Shown: positions 50,819-62,083, counted from the stretch's first letter. The stretch is DNA of 64,000 nt from Clostridia bacterium (GCA_017477355.1 JAFUWA010000022.1:1550-65549), one strand, 5' to 3'. The notes: generated from the letters alone by a model not told the origin. Program-made: numbers and translations.

Positions 50819-52075
50819 ATGAATCAGATTTTAGATTTTGGCGCTGGCGGAGGAAATGATAATAATAACTACAATAGAAAAGAAAAAAAGCCAGAAAAAA
50901 AGAAAAAAGAAAAAGTAGAATATAATAATTATGATAACAATGTGAGTTTTAGTGGAGGCGGAGATAGTAGATTTGGTGGAAAAACCAAAGAAAAGATGCC
51001 AATGTCAGATAAAGTTGTTAAAGTGTTTGCAATATTAATGGTAATTTTAGCAATCGCTTTAATTGCTAGCGGTGCAACAAGTATCTTAAAAAATAAAAAG
51101 GATACAACTGCAAAACAAAATGCAAATAAACAAACAGCTCCTGCTGTACAAGCTGAAATTAATGCAGAATTGGATGAAATTGAAGGCAAAGTAACAATTA
51201 CAGTAGAAAGTCCTGTTGCAATTGCTAAGATGATTTATAGTTGGGATCAAGATCATGATAATGTTGTATCTGGTAAAAAGCAAACATCTCTTGAAGAGAA
51301 AATAATAGCTCAATCTGGAGAACATGTTTTACATATTCAAGTAACAGATGAGCAAGATAATAAAACAACAAAAGACTTTACTTTCAACTGCGCAACAGGA
51401 ATTGATACATCAAAGCCAGAAATAACTTTGACAATAACAGAGGATAAGAAGTTGTTAGTAAATGCAACAGATGATACTTCTATTGCTTATGTAACATATA
51501 CTTGGAATGAGGGAGAAACAATTACTATGACTCCTGAAACAGAAGGCCTAAAAGAATTTGAATTTGAAGTTGATATTCCAAAAGGAAAAAATACAATTGT
51601 TGTAATTGCTGTTGACGGAAGTGAGAGCGGAAATGCAAGATCAACATCAAAAGTATTAGATGGAGTTACAAAACCTGAAATTAATTATGGATTCCTTGAT
51701 TCAGAAGGTGCTGTATTGAAGATTATGTGCAGTCATGAAAATGGAATTCAAAAAATTTATTATACTCTAAATGGTCAACCATATCAATGGGAAGTTGCTG
51801 AAGGAGAAGAAGCTCCAAAATATTTAGAGTTTACACAAGAATCCGTTCCTGGTAAAAATGAAATGACAATTAAAGTTACTAGTGTAGATGAGACTGAAGC
51901 AGAATTTAATCCACTTTGGGAATACAATGCTCCTGTACCAGAAACCCCAGTTACTCCAGTTACAGAGGAGACTACTTCTTTACAAGAGGGAGAGACTACT
52001 ACTGAAAATACAGAAACAGATACATCAACAACAGAACCAACAGAAGGAGAAACAACTGAAAATACAAATAACTAA
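50819..52075 (+). CDS. Membrane-anchored surface protein with Ig-like repeats and Gly/Asn-rich N- and Thr/Glu-rich C-termini
   Basis: One TM helix (VFAILMVILAIALIASGA). Repeated beta-rich segments. Function unknown. Confidence 0.45.
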   Translation: MNQILDFGAGGGNDNNNYNRKEKKPEKKKKEKVEYNNYDNNVSFSGGGDSRFGGKTKEKMPMSDKVVKVFAILMVILAIALIASGATSILKNKKDTTAKQNANKQTAPAVQAEINAELDEIEGKVTITVESPVAIAKMIYSWDQDHDNVVSGKKQTSLEEKIIAQSGEHVLHIQVTDEQDNKTTKDFTFNCATGIDTSKPEITLTITEDKKLLVNATDDTSIAYVTYTWNEGETITMTPETEGLKEFEFEVDIPKGKNTIVVIAVDGSESGNARSTSKVLDGVTKPEINYGFLDSEGAVLKIMCSHENGIQKIYYTLNGQPYQWEVAEGEEAPKYLEFTQESVPGKNEMTIKVTSVDETEAEFNPLWEYNAPVPETPVTPVTEETTSLQEGETTTENTETDTSTTEPTEGETTENTNN

Positions 52076-52091
52076 AGAATAGGAGAGTCTT

Positions 52092-53019
52092 ATGCAACAA
52101 GAAATATATATTATTGATGATACAACAGAACTAATCGAAAAATTGCGAGTAATGTTTAAGGATATGCCAGAATATCATTTTGTTAGTACACCATCAAGCG
52201 ATATTGATATTGTTTTAAAGAATATTCCTGAAATGATTATTATAGATGACGATAATACAGCTTTAACAGCTGTAGAGATTTGTCAAAAGATAAGAACAAA
52301 TGAAGACAACAGTATTACCCCAATATTAATTACTTCTTCAGTAGAAGATCATGATTATAGAATGGAGATATTAAAACTTTCTGTTCAATACTATATTTTA
52401 AAGCCGATTAATGATGATTATTTTTATATGACAATCAAAAATATGATTGATTTTGTTACAACTAACAGAAGGGTAAGCCCATTAACAGGGCTTCCTGGAA
52501 ATGTGCAAATCCAGGCAGAAATTAAGAAAAGAGTATTGACAAGAGAAGAATTTGCAGTAATTTATTTAGACTTAGATAATTTTAAAGCATATAACGATGT
52601 TTATGGATTCTCAAATGGTGATGAAGTAATAAAATTTACAGCAAAGACAATTGTAAAACATATCCATGATCTTCCAGAAGGGGATAACTTTGTAGGGCAT
52701 ATCGGGCGGAGATGATTTTGTAGCAGTTACAAGTAGATGTAATTATGCAAAATTATGCCAAGAGATTATTCAAGAATTTGATCAAACGATACCAAACTAT
52801 TATACAGAGGAAGATGTAGATAGGGGATTTGTAGAAGTTGCAAATAGAAGAGGAATTATAGAACAATTTCCATTAGTTTCTATTTCGATTGGAGTGGTTG
52901 AAGTAGATAGTGGAAAATATACATCTCCATTACAAATAGGAGAATATAGTGCTCAAGTAAAACATAAAGCAAAAGAAATACAAGGAAGTACTTATGTAAT
53001 TAATCGTAGAAGATTTTAA
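52092..53019 (+). CDS. Response-regulator receiver plus GGDEF diguanylate cyclase, frame change at in-frame CGG 52707
   Basis: REC domain, then YNDVYGFSNGDEV...VGHIG(GDDF)VAV. The GGDDF active-site motif appears only after +1 at ggg-cgg-a. Confidence 0.75.
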
Positions 53020-53027
53020 TAAAAAAT

Positions 53028-53068
53028 AAAGATGACAAAATTTTTAGTTTGTCATCTTTATTTTTTAC
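53028..53068. terminator. Bidirectional terminator
   Basis: aaagatgacaaa/ttgtcatcttt with T-runs. Confidence 0.65.
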
Positions 53069-53808
53069 CAATCACTATCCCAATCGCTAGAACTAGAGTC
53101 CCAACTATCACTAGAACTCCAACTACTATCACTATCACTTGAAGATGGCTCAACATAATAGCTAGAGTCTTCAAAACGATCAATTCCATAATAAGAATCG
53201 TAATTGCTTGAATCATAATAGTCGTTATGATTTTTCTTTAGTTCTTCTGGAGCAGAAGTTCTATCCCAGCCATAATAATCATCATAAAGATACCAAGAAC
53301 CGCTTTGATAATAGTAATAAGAATTGCGATAATGATAATAGCCTCTATTTGGAAGAAGAATGTTAAGTCCTATGATAGCTCCTATAAATAAAGTGATAAT
53401 ACCTCCCACCTTTAATCTTGTTTTTCTACGAGCTTTTTTTGCTTCAGGACTATTATATTGTTTTTTATATGCTTCTTGTCTAGCAATTCTTGCTTTTTGA
53501 TTAGCAATCTCTTGTTTTAGTTTCAAATAAAGTTCATTAACGGCATGAGCTTCATCTGGACCTTCATATCGAATTGCTCTAACACCATTACCTTTATTTT
53601 TATATACAACAAAATTACCGGTATCTTCTTCTTGATAAATTCCAAAAGCTCTAGGTTTTTTGTAGTTTTTTCCAATAAAAAATCTAGTAGTATTCTCATC
53701 TGGTAAGTTTTTTTCTTTATACCATTGTTTTAATTCTTCAATAGTCCTTGGCGTTTTAATATTAGTTTTTTGAGTATTATTATTCATATTATTATTTTCA
53801 TCCATCAT
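53065..53808 (-). CDS. Hypothetical membrane protein with a Tyr/Ser/Asp-rich low-complexity C-terminus
   Basis: ORF with one TM helix and a C-terminal SSSDSWDSSSSDWDSDW tail. Confidence 0.4.
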   Translation of the reverse strand: MMDENNNMNNNTQKTNIKTPRTIEELKQWYKEKNLPDENTTRFFIGKNYKKPRAFGIYQEEDTGNFVVYKNKGNGVRAIRYEGPDEAHAVNELYLKLKQEIANQKARIARQEAYKKQYNSPEAKKARRKTRLKVGGIITLFIGAIIGLNILLPNRGYYHYRNSYYYYQSGSWYLYDDYYGWDRTSAPEELKKNHNDYYDSSNYDSYYGIDRFEDSSYYVEPSSSDSDSSWSSSDSWDSSSSDWDSDW

Positions 53809-53826
53809 TCGTATTCTCCAATTATA

Positions 53827-54027
53827 TTATATTTTTAACTTTTCTAATTTTTTATTCAATCTACGTAACTGCCAATCGGCAAATAAACCATTCTTTTGCA
53901 TAATTACTCTTTTTTGTTCAAAAAGAGATTTTGCTTCTTCATGCTTCTCTGGCTTGATAGAATGTAATAATTTATCGAGTTCTATTTGATATTTGACTTT
54001 ATTCATATAATCTTCATTATCAATCAT
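53827..54027 (-). CDS. Small hypothetical protein (66 aa)
   Basis: ORF in an operon arrangement with 53065-53808. Confidence 0.3.
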   Translation of the reverse strand: MIDNEDYMNKVKYQIELDKLLHSIKPEKHEEAKSLFEQKRVIMQKNGLFADWQLRRLNKKLEKLKI

Positions 54028-54082
54028 ACAACTTTTCTCCTCAACACAATTATAAAATATATTTTTATTTGTTTCAATATGA

Positions 54083-54120
54083 TAAAATAAAAAAGAATAC
54101 TATTAACACAGCATTCTTTT
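54083..54120 (-). terminator. Terminator downstream of the tRNA-Gly/tRNA-Cys pair
   Basis: aagaatgc/gtattctt (one mismatch) then a T-run on the minus strand. Confidence 0.45.
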
Positions 54121-54129
54121 CATTTTTAA

Positions 54130-54203
54130 TGGAGGCGGCTATCGGAGTCGGACCGATCATCAGAGTTTTGCAGACTCGTGCCTTACCGCTTGGCTAAGCC
54201 GCC
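54130..54203 (-). tRNA. tRNA-Cys (anticodon GCA)
   Basis: Hand-folded. The D arm GCCAAGCGGUAAGGC and loop CUGCAAA closely match Bacillus tRNA-Cys. CCA is encoded. The T-loop is UCCGACU (C at position 55). Confidence 0.7.
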
Positions 54204-54253
54204 ACTAAATATAATTTATGCTGTTAATTTTACAATATTCCATAATAAAAAAA

Positions 54254-54329
54254 TGGAGCGGGAAACGGGGCTCAAACCCGCGACCTTCGCCTTGGCAAGG
54301 CGACGCTCTATCAACTGAGCTATTCCCGC
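54254..54329 (-). tRNA. tRNA-Gly (anticodon GCC)
   Basis: GCGGGAAUAGCUCAGUUGAUAGAGC...UUGCCAA...GGGUUUGAGCCC...CCA. Confidence 0.85.
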
Positions 54330-54454
54330 ATCAACAGCATAACTATAATACCAAAAATATTAGAAAAAGTCAAGGTCTATCGAAAAAAACTTGCAAATTT
54401 TTTTAATCTATTATATAGTAATAATGTTAGAGAAAATAATAAGAGGATACGAGT

Positions 54455-55504
54455 ATGACAATTACATTTTTTGAGTTTTTAAAAAATCTAACAAATATAC
54501 CTTTTTTGGTCATTACGATTTTAATATCAGGAGTAATGTTTGTAAATCGGTTGCGCAGATGCGCCTAATGCCATTGCTACATGCGTTTCGACTAGGTGTT
54601 TGCCTCCCAAAAGAGCATTGATATTATCAGCAATTTTTAATTTTTTAGGTGTGTTTTAATGACATTTATTAGTTCTAGTGTTGCACAAACAGTTTTTAAT
54701 ATTGTAAATTTTGGAACAGATACAGGAGAAGCAATTATTGCACTTTGTGCTGCATTGATTGCAATTGTATTGTGGTCATTATTTACGTGGAAATTTGGAA
54801 TTCCATCAAGTCAATCACATGCTCTTTTGGCAGGAATTTCCGGAGCAGCAATTGCTTTAAGAGGAAATTTCTCTGGAATAAGTTTTAATGAATGGAAAAA
54901 GGTATTATATGGATTAATTATTGTTAATTTATTAGCATTTATAGTGGGTTTTTTAACAACAAAGTTAATTGAAAAAGTTTGCAAAAATATAGATAGGAGA
55001 AGAACCAATAAATTTTTTAAAGGAACACAAATTATTGGAGCTGCATCAATGTCTTTTATGCATGGTGCACAAGATGGTCAAAAATTTATGGGAGTCTTTT
55101 TATTAGGAGTAGCATTATCTAAAAACATTTTAAATATTACGAGTTTTTCTATTCCAATTTGGTTAATGATATATTGTTCACTATTAATGACAATTGGTTC
55201 TGCAGTGGGCGGAATTAAGATTATCAAAACAGTAGGGACGAAAGTTTCAAAACTTGAAAAATATCAAGGAACAGCAGCTGACTTATCTAGTGCGATATGC
55301 TTATTTGCTTCATCAAGCCTTGGAATTCCTGCAAGTACAACCCATAGTAAAACGTGTGCTATCATGGGAGTAGGAGCTTCTAAACGATTATCAAGTGTTA
55401 ATTGGGGGGTTGTTAAAAATATGATTATGGCTTGGATATTTACATTCCCAGGATGCGGACTTTTAGGATATTTCGGAGCTATGCTATTTACAAAAATATT
55501 TTAA
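54455..55504 (+). CDS. PiT-family inorganic phosphate transporter, interrupted: +1 at in-frame CGG 54548 plus a second discontinuity near 54654
   Basis: The N-terminus FVNGCADAPNAIATCVSTR...FNFLG (PiT signature) appears only after +1 at aat-cgg-ttg. The body (GIPSSQSHALLAGISGAAIA...) is in the frame of 54659-55504. Confidence 0.7.
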
Positions 55505-55525
55505 CTAAAAGGAGAAAAGAGCAAA

Positions 55526-56146
55526 ATGAAAAAGGAAGATTATAATTACTTTGATGAATTTATAACAATGGCAGATTATATTGTGCAATCTGCGGAAATA
55601 TTAAAAGATGTATTTGTTAATTTCCATATTGAGAAATTAGAAGAAAAGACGACAGAAGTGCATAAAATAGAAAACAATGCAGATAGAATTATCCATAAGA
55701 TGAGAAATCATTTGATTAAAGATTTTTTACCACCAATTGATAGAGAAGATATTGCGTTAATTGGGCATAAACTGGATGATATTGAAGATGAGATTGATGA
55801 AATTTTAATTAATATTAAAATTTTGAATGTGACTGAAATTAAAGAGGAAGTAAATGAAATTGCTGATATTTTACTTCAGTCAGCAAATGCCGTAAAAGAA
55901 ATGTTTTTAAATTTCAAGAATTTTAAAAAGATGGATTTAATTAAGCAGAAAATTATTGAGGTAAATGAACTTGAAGAAAAAGGTGATAAAATATTTGAAA
56001 AAATTATGTCATCATTGTATAGAACAGAAATTAATCCTTTTAATTTAATTAAATGGAGTCATATTTATAATTGGCTTGAAAATGCAATTGATTGCTGTGA
56101 GCAAGTAAGTGACTGTGTAGAAGATGTTATTTTGAGTAATTCATAG
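55526..56146 (+). CDS. DUF47 (PhoU-like) protein partnered with PiT
   Basis: Helical and acidic with the DRIIHKMRNHLIKDF motif. DUF47-Pit gene pairs are conserved (ykaA-pit in Bacillus). Confidence 0.65.
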   Translation: MKKEDYNYFDEFITMADYIVQSAEILKDVFVNFHIEKLEEKTTEVHKIENNADRIIHKMRNHLIKDFLPPIDREDIALIGHKLDDIEDEIDEILINIKILNVTEIKEEVNEIADILLQSANAVKEMFLNFKNFKKMDLIKQKIIEVNELEEKGDKIFEKIMSSLYRTEINPFNLIKWSHIYNWLENAIDCCEQVSDCVEDVILSNS

Positions 56147-56151
56147 TAAAA

Positions 56152-56188
56152 AAAGTCTGTGCTAATTGCACAGACTTTTTTCTTCTTT
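56152..56188. terminator. Bidirectional terminator
   Basis: aagtctgtgc/gcacagactt then ttttttc. Confidence 0.7.
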
Positions 56189-56192
56189 AAAT

Positions 56193-56864
56193 TTATTTTG
56201 CTTCTTTATTTAAAAATCTAAATGTACAAGCAGCTAATGCACTTCCTACAAAAGGAGCTACAATAAATACCCATACTTGAGCGATTGCTCTTCCACCTAA
56301 AAAGATAGCTGGAGCTAAACTTCTTGCTGGGTTAACACTTGTTCCTGTTAAAGGAATACCCATAATGTGTACAAAAGCTAAAGTTAAACCAATTACAATT
56401 CCTGCAACAGATCCTTTAGATTCATCTGAAGTTACTCCTAAGATTGTGTAAATAAATACAAATGTTAAAATTACTTCTACTAAGAATGCTCCACCCATGT
56501 TAATTCCAACACTAGAAGCATCTCCATATCCATTTTGTCCTAAGTTTGTAGTAGCCATTCCTGAGCATTTTAAGATGGCAAATAATAAAGCAGTACCAAC
56601 GATTGCTCCAACTACTTGAGCTACAACATAGAAAATGAAATCTTTTAAAGACATTTTCTTGTTAAGTAACATCGCAAGAGAAACAGCTGGATTGATATGG
56701 CATCCAGAAACATTTCCAATAACATAAGCCATTGCAACGATAGAAAGTCCAAAAGCTAGGGCAATTCCTAAAGTTCCTAAAGTACCACCTGCTATTGCAG
56801 CACTTCCGCAACCAAACAATACAAGTACAGCAGTTCCAATGAATTCACAAATATACTTTCTCAT
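56193..56864 (-). CDS. MIP-family channel (aquaporin / glycerol facilitator)
   Basis: Two NPA boxes (HINPAVS, SVNPARS) and six TM helices. Confidence 0.85.
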   Translation of the reverse strand: MRKYICEFIGTAVLVLFGCGSAAIAGGTLGTLGIALAFGLSIVAMAYVIGNVSGCHINPAVSLAMLLNKKMSLKDFIFYVVAQVVGAIVGTALLFAILKCSGMATTNLGQNGYGDASSVGINMGGAFLVEVILTFVFIYTILGVTSDESKGSVAGIVIGLTLAFVHIMGIPLTGTSVNPARSLAPAIFLGGRAIAQVWVFIVAPFVGSALAACTFRFLNKEAK

Positions 56865-56975
56865 ATTGTGATTCCTCCTTTTTAAAATTGTTTAATATGT
56901 ATTAAACTTGTTTTCATTATATTGAGAATTTGAAAGATTGTCAATTAGTTTTTTAAAATAAAAACAAGCATATTT

Positions 56976-58260
56976 CTATGCTTGTCTTTTGCTTCTTCTA
57001 TAAGTATATATTTCTCCTTTTGGGTATTTTTTTGGTTCTAATCCCAGATGAGGTTTCATGTAAATAATTGCTAGAGTAAATAGAATAAAGAATGTAATTC
57101 CTAGAATAATAAATGCATCTCCAGTTGACATTCTATTTAATAAGTAAGATGCAAAGAATCCTAAAAGTACATTTGCAATTCCTTCAAAAAATAGTTTCGT
57201 TGAAAATATTTTTGTATCTATCTTTTCGTTTGTGAAATTTCGATAATATTTATCTATTAAAATTTGATAAATACCTGCAAATATATATTTTATAATTAAA
57301 GCAATGCAGATAATAAAAAGAATAATACCTCTTTGTTTTAGAAAATGTGTTGATAGCCCAATTAAAAAACATACTAATACAGAAATAAATGCTAAAATAG
57401 ACAAAGATTTATTTTTAAATAGGATGTGAAAACTTTCATGTTCCCTTGAGAATATTCCACCAACAATTTCAATCAGTGCAAAAACTAATCCAATAACGAC
57501 TGTAGGAAAATTTAATTCTTCTAAAACACTTACTTGATAATTTACTAAAATACAAATAAAGCTAGACATAATTGCTGAGAAGAAGATGAGGCTCCTAAGT
57601 CTTTTGGATTGAAAAATAAATCGAAAAGCATGCTTAATGTCAGTTAAAGTATCGTGAGTGATTTTTTCTTTTGATTCTTCTAGAGGCTCTATCAATTTTA
57701 AGGATAAAACTAAAGAGACTAGAACAATCATAAGTGAAACAATAATCGGTAAATATCCATTAATAGAAAATAATATTCCAGATATCATTAATGAAAATGC
57801 TTCTAAATAAAAATGAGTAGAGAGGCTTTTCCCTGTAATTTTTGCAAAAATGGAACTTTTTTGTTTTGACTCTGGAATAGATTCATTTAGTAAACTTAAG
57901 TCAGAAATATCTTTTAGTCCAAATGCTATTGCTGAGAATATTTCGGCTACGATTAAATTAGCTAAGTTATTACTTAATAAAAATAGAATTAAATAAATTG
58001 CATTTGAAAGATTTCCGGAGAATTAACCCTTTTTTTCTTCCAATTTTATCAACAATAAGACTTGCTGGAAATTGGAAAATAATTGTGAAGAGTGCATAAA
58101 AAGAATCTTCTAAGACTGCAACTGATGCAGATAGATGTTTTATTTGTGTCAAAAACAAAAAATTGATAGTGTAAAAGAACAGAAAATCCACAGAAAGTGC
58201 CCTATAAAGTGGAAAAATATTTAAATTATTTTCTGAAATTTTTTCTTTTGTTTTTTCCAT
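56976..58260 (-). CDS. MFS transporter, frame change at in-frame CGG (plus-strand ccg 58015-58017)
   Basis: MFS loop motif VDKIGRKKGLIL. The 96-aa and 270-aa ORF-track pieces join with no stops when ctc-cgg-aaa is read as ctc-gga. Confidence 0.7.
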
Positions 58261-58412
58261 AATTTTCTCCTAATTTTACATATTATCATTTTATCTATTG
58301 TGTAAATTTTTGTCAAGAAAAGAGAGAAGAGAGAAAAAATAAAACAAAGAATATTGCTTTTCTCTTTATTTTAGAGTATGATAAAAATATAATGAATAGA
58401 AGGAGGTTTTGT

Positions 58413-59310
58413 ATGATTCAAATCACAGATTTGTGTAAATCATTTGAAAATCATCCTGTTTTAGAGAAGCTAAATTGTACTATTAAAACGGGAAGTATTT
58501 ATGGTTTAGTAGGAAGCAACGGAGCCGGAAAATCGACTCTTTTGAGAATTATTAATAATATTTATCAAAAGGATTCTCGGAAGAATTGAAGTAGAAGGCC
58601 AAGATGTTGAAGAAAATGAAGAAATCAAGCGAAGATTAGTTTTTGTGCCAGATGATTTATATTTTTTTCCAAACTATAACTTGTTAGAAATGGCAGAATT
58701 TTATCAGGCCATGTATCCTAATTTTGATATGGGAAATGTAAAAAATTTAGCTGAAATTTTAAAATTAAATTTAAAAGCAAAAATAAAAACATTTTCAAAA
58801 GGAATGAAAAGACAATGTGCTTTAATTTGTGCTATTAGTACAAATGCAGACTATATGTTTTTTGACGAAACATTTGATGGAATTGATCCTGTTGTCAGAA
58901 ATTTATTGAAGCAGATTATTAGAAAACAAATGGAGAAAAAACCTACAACAATTATTATGACAAGTCATAATTTAAAGGAATTAGAAGATATTTGCGATAA
59001 CTTAGGACTTTTATACAAAGGTGGAATTTTATTTGAGAGTGAAATAAATTCTATTAATACAAGTATGACGAAAGTCCAATTTGCTCTTAATGGAGAAACA
59101 AATCAAGAGGCACTTCAAGGACTAGAAGTAATGAGCTATAAAAAGGTAGGAAGTGTCGCAACAGCAATTATCAAAGGCGGAAGAGGAAGTATTAGAGCAA
59201 AATTAGAAGCATTAAATCCTATTATATTAGACTTTTTACCTTTAACTCTTGAAGAAGTGTTTATTTACGAAATGGAGGTGTTAGGATATGAGTTTAATCA
59301 AGTCCTTTAA
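58413..59310 (+). CDS. ABC transporter ATP-binding protein, frame change at in-frame CGG 58578
   Basis: Walker A GSNGAGKST. KDSGRIEVEG is restored by +1 at tct-cgg-a. RBS aggagg then ATG at 58413. Confidence 0.75.
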
Positions 59311-61252
59311 TTTTAACTTCCTAAAGCAAAATATAAAAAAATCAAAAGGAGCAATTATTCTTTCATTAATTATTGTTCCATTGATCATTTCTATGTATTT
59401 AGTGGTATATGGATTAGAATTACATACTCCTGAAGTTGTGCCAACAACAACGATAGGAGTTATTGATATTATATTTATGTATATTATTCATTTTGTGTAT
59501 TCAGCTTTATTATTTGGATTTGTCTTTAAAAAGACAAGCACAGATTTTATGAATTCAATGCCAATTAATAGAAAAACAATGTTTATAACGAATACAATTG
59601 GTGGAATCCTTTTAATCACGTTAATACAGCTTTTAAGTGGATTCTTTGCATTGTTATGGGGAGCGGTTTTTAAAAATTTAATTATTTTCCCATCAGCTGT
59701 TTTAGATATTATGATTGTTTCTTGGATATCTTATGTATTTGTGTTTATTGCTTCTAATTTAGCAATGACATTTTCTGGAACACATCAAGCACATTTTATT
59801 ACAGCTGTGTTAATTTTGTTTTTAGTTCCAGTTTGTGTAGAATTAATTGGTTCTATTAGAAAATATGAGACTTACAAAAATATGGAATATAATTCTAGTG
59901 TTTATTCCTATGGATACAACTATGATTTATCAATTGTAGATGGATATCAAACAACATATTATAGGACACTAGAAAATATCAAGGATTATACAATGCCATT
60001 TAAATTATTTCGTTATGGATTACAGTATTCTTGGGAATCAAATCTTAGAATGATAGGATTATCTATTCTCTATTTTGTATTAGGATTAAAATTATATCAA
60101 AGAAGAAAAATGGAACATAGCGAAGAAACTTATGAAAGCCAGAAAATGCACATTTTTGTGAAGTCTTTGACATTAATTCCAATTTTATTAGTTGTAGATA
60201 GAATGAATGTATATTCTGAGTCAATTACAGGATTGATAATTGCAATTATCTTTTGTGCAATTTACTATTTTATTTTTGATATTATTTCCAAGAGAAAAAT
60301 ACCATTTGCTACTACAGTTGCTTCATTTGCAGTTACTGTTTTTGTAATTCAAGCAATGACAACGTTTTTAGGAAATATTGAGTACAGACAATCAGATGTT
60401 GATGCAGATGATATAAAATCTATTTCTATTGGAAAAAATAGTAATTCATCAAGTTTGTACTATTATTTTGTTAATGATAGTGAATATGCTTTTGATGGTG
60501 ATTACTTTATAAAGGATAATCAAATTTTAGAGTTAATCTTGGATGGAAGATATAAAGTATTAGATCCTACTACAGCATTCTTAGATAAGGGAGGATACGT
60601 AAGTAAAGATATTTACTTTAACATTAAATTAAAAAATGGAAAAGAATATTATATTGAAACATCAATTGCTAATAAGAATTATAATGAAATTATTTCTATA
60701 TTATCAAGAAATGAAGAGTATAATGAGCACATGAAGAAACAAATTATCAAGAAAAATGGAATTATCCAAATTGGTAATGATGTTGTTGATAATAATACAA
60801 AAAGAAAAATTGAGAAGTTAATGAGCCAAGAAGATATAAACATCTTTTCAAGCAATACTAACTCTGTGAATTATATTACAAAAACAGTATATCAAGGTCA
60901 TAAAATAGTAAAATATCAAATTCCTTTAAATAATAACGAAGAATTATTAGCAGTTGTAGCGGACTTTGCCAATAAACAAGTTTTAGAAAATATTAAAGGA
61001 TATCAATATAATATCAGTGTTGATGTATATGATAAGAGTAGTTCAATAGGACATTATTATGGAGATAGTGAAATTCTAGATTTTATAGAGCTTCATAGTG
61101 CAGACGAATTTGATTCAAGTAAAAAATATTATGTATTATATGGCGGATTACAAACTAGAAATGGATATAAGAATTTTGTTTTCTATACAAATAGTACAAA
61201 AGAACTTGATAAAATATTAGAAAATTCAACTTCTAGCAAATATTATTGGTAG
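59288..61252 (+). CDS. Polytopic membrane protein with a large C-terminal extracellular domain, putative permease partner of the upstream ABC ATPase
   Basis: 6-8 TM helices in the first roughly 370 aa. Start is translationally coupled to the upstream gene. Confidence 0.45.
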   Translation: MSLIKSFNFNFLKQNIKKSKGAIILSLIIVPLIISMYLVVYGLELHTPEVVPTTTIGVIDIIFMYIIHFVYSALLFGFVFKKTSTDFMNSMPINRKTMFITNTIGGILLITLIQLLSGFFALLWGAVFKNLIIFPSAVLDIMIVSWISYVFVFIASNLAMTFSGTHQAHFITAVLILFLVPVCVELIGSIRKYETYKNMEYNSSVYSYGYNYDLSIVDGYQTTYYRTLENIKDYTMPFKLFRYGLQYSWESNLRMIGLSILYFVLGLKLYQRRKMEHSEETYESQKMHIFVKSLTLIPILLVVDRMNVYSESITGLIIAIIFCAIYYFIFDIISKRKIPFATTVASFAVTVFVIQAMTTFLGNIEYRQSDVDADDIKSISIGKNSNSSSLYYYFVNDSEYAFDGDYFIKDNQILELILDGRYKVLDPTTAFLDKGGYVSKDIYFNIKLKNGKEYYIETSIANKNYNEIISILSRNEEYNEHMKKQIIKKNGIIQIGNDVVDNNTKRKIEKLMSQEDINIFSSNTNSVNYITKTVYQGHKIVKYQIPLNNNEELLAVVADFANKQVLENIKGYQYNISVDVYDKSSSIGHYYGDSEILDFIELHSADEFDSSKKYYVLYGGLQTRNGYKNFVFYTNSTKELDKILENSTSSKYYW

Positions 61253-61257
61253 TATTT

Positions 61258-61334
61258 TGGGAAATGAGGATGTTCCTCATTTCCCATTTTTAACAAAAAG
61301 AGGGAAAATGGGACGTACCACTTTTCCCTCTTTT
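61258..61334 (+). terminator. Tandem terminator hairpins
   Basis: gggaaatgagga/tcctcatttccc and agagggaaaa/ttttccctct, each followed by T-runs. Confidence 0.65.
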
Positions 61335-61405
61335 AGAAAACATAGTGGCATTCCTTGATACAGTAAAATTGAAAATAAATATTTTAAATCTTCAAAATAG
61401 AGGCC

Positions 61406-61954
61406 TTGGAGGAAATGAAAATGATTGAAGCAAAGAAAATAGCAGTCATTGGTGGAAGTGGAACTGGTAAAACTACTTTAACAACAAATTTAGGAAAGGA
61501 TTTGAATCTTCCAGTTATGCATATTGATGGTGTTCATCATCTTGAAAATTGGGAGATTCGAGACAAAGAAGAAAGAGATAAAATTATCTTAGAGAAAGCC
61601 AATACGGATAGATGGATTATTGATGGAACATATACTTCTACACTAGAAGATAGAGTAAAACTTGCAGAACTTGTGATTTATTTGGATTATTCTAGCTTCT
61701 CACAAGTGAAAGGTGTTTTAAAAAGATATTTAAAACATCCAGGAGAAGATAGACCTGAAATGCCAGGATGTCCTGAGAAAATGAGTTGGGAATTTTTGAA
61801 GTGGGTTTGGAATTGGAGAAAAAACAAAAGAGAAAAAGTACTAAAAGCGATTTCTCAAGTAGATTCAAGCAAAATTTTGATATTTAAAAGTAGAAGACAA
61901 TTAAATAAATGGTATTACAAAAATTTCAATCATAAAATAAAAGTAGAATTCTAA
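61406..61954 (+). CDS. P-loop NTPase (AAA domain; FlaR / adenylate-kinase-like topology-modulation family)
   Basis: Walker A IGGSGTGKTT near the N-terminus. About 180 aa. Confidence 0.55.
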   Translation: MEEMKMIEAKKIAVIGGSGTGKTTLTTNLGKDLNLPVMHIDGVHHLENWEIRDKEERDKIILEKANTDRWIIDGTYTSTLEDRVKLAELVIYLDYSSFSQVKGVLKRYLKHPGEDRPEMPGCPEKMSWEFLKWVWNWRKNKREKVLKAISQVDSSKILIFKSRRQLNKWYYKNFNHKIKVEF

Positions 61955-62083
61955 AGAAAAGGGCAGTCTTTGAAAGAGATTGCTCTTTATTTTGAAAAAT
62001 TTTAAAAAAGTAACTTTGTAGTAACTTTACTTATCGTATAATCAAATTGTAAATGAAAATAAAACGAAAGGATTCACTTTGAC

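Noticed and set aside
51888-52082. 64-aa ORF overlapping the end of 50819-52075
   Set aside because: It is an alternative frame of the Thr/Glu-rich low-complexity 3' end of the surface-protein gene, with no independent start signals.
54218-54406. 62-aa ORF on the plus strand
   Set aside because: It overlaps tRNA-Gly(GCC) on the minus strand across its whole length. It is spurious.
54640-54662. Programmed -1 ribosomal frameshift in PiT
   Set aside because: There is no X_XXY_YYZ slippery heptamer in the 0 frame and no downstream structure. It is a simple T-homopolymer length difference, more likely an indel or error.
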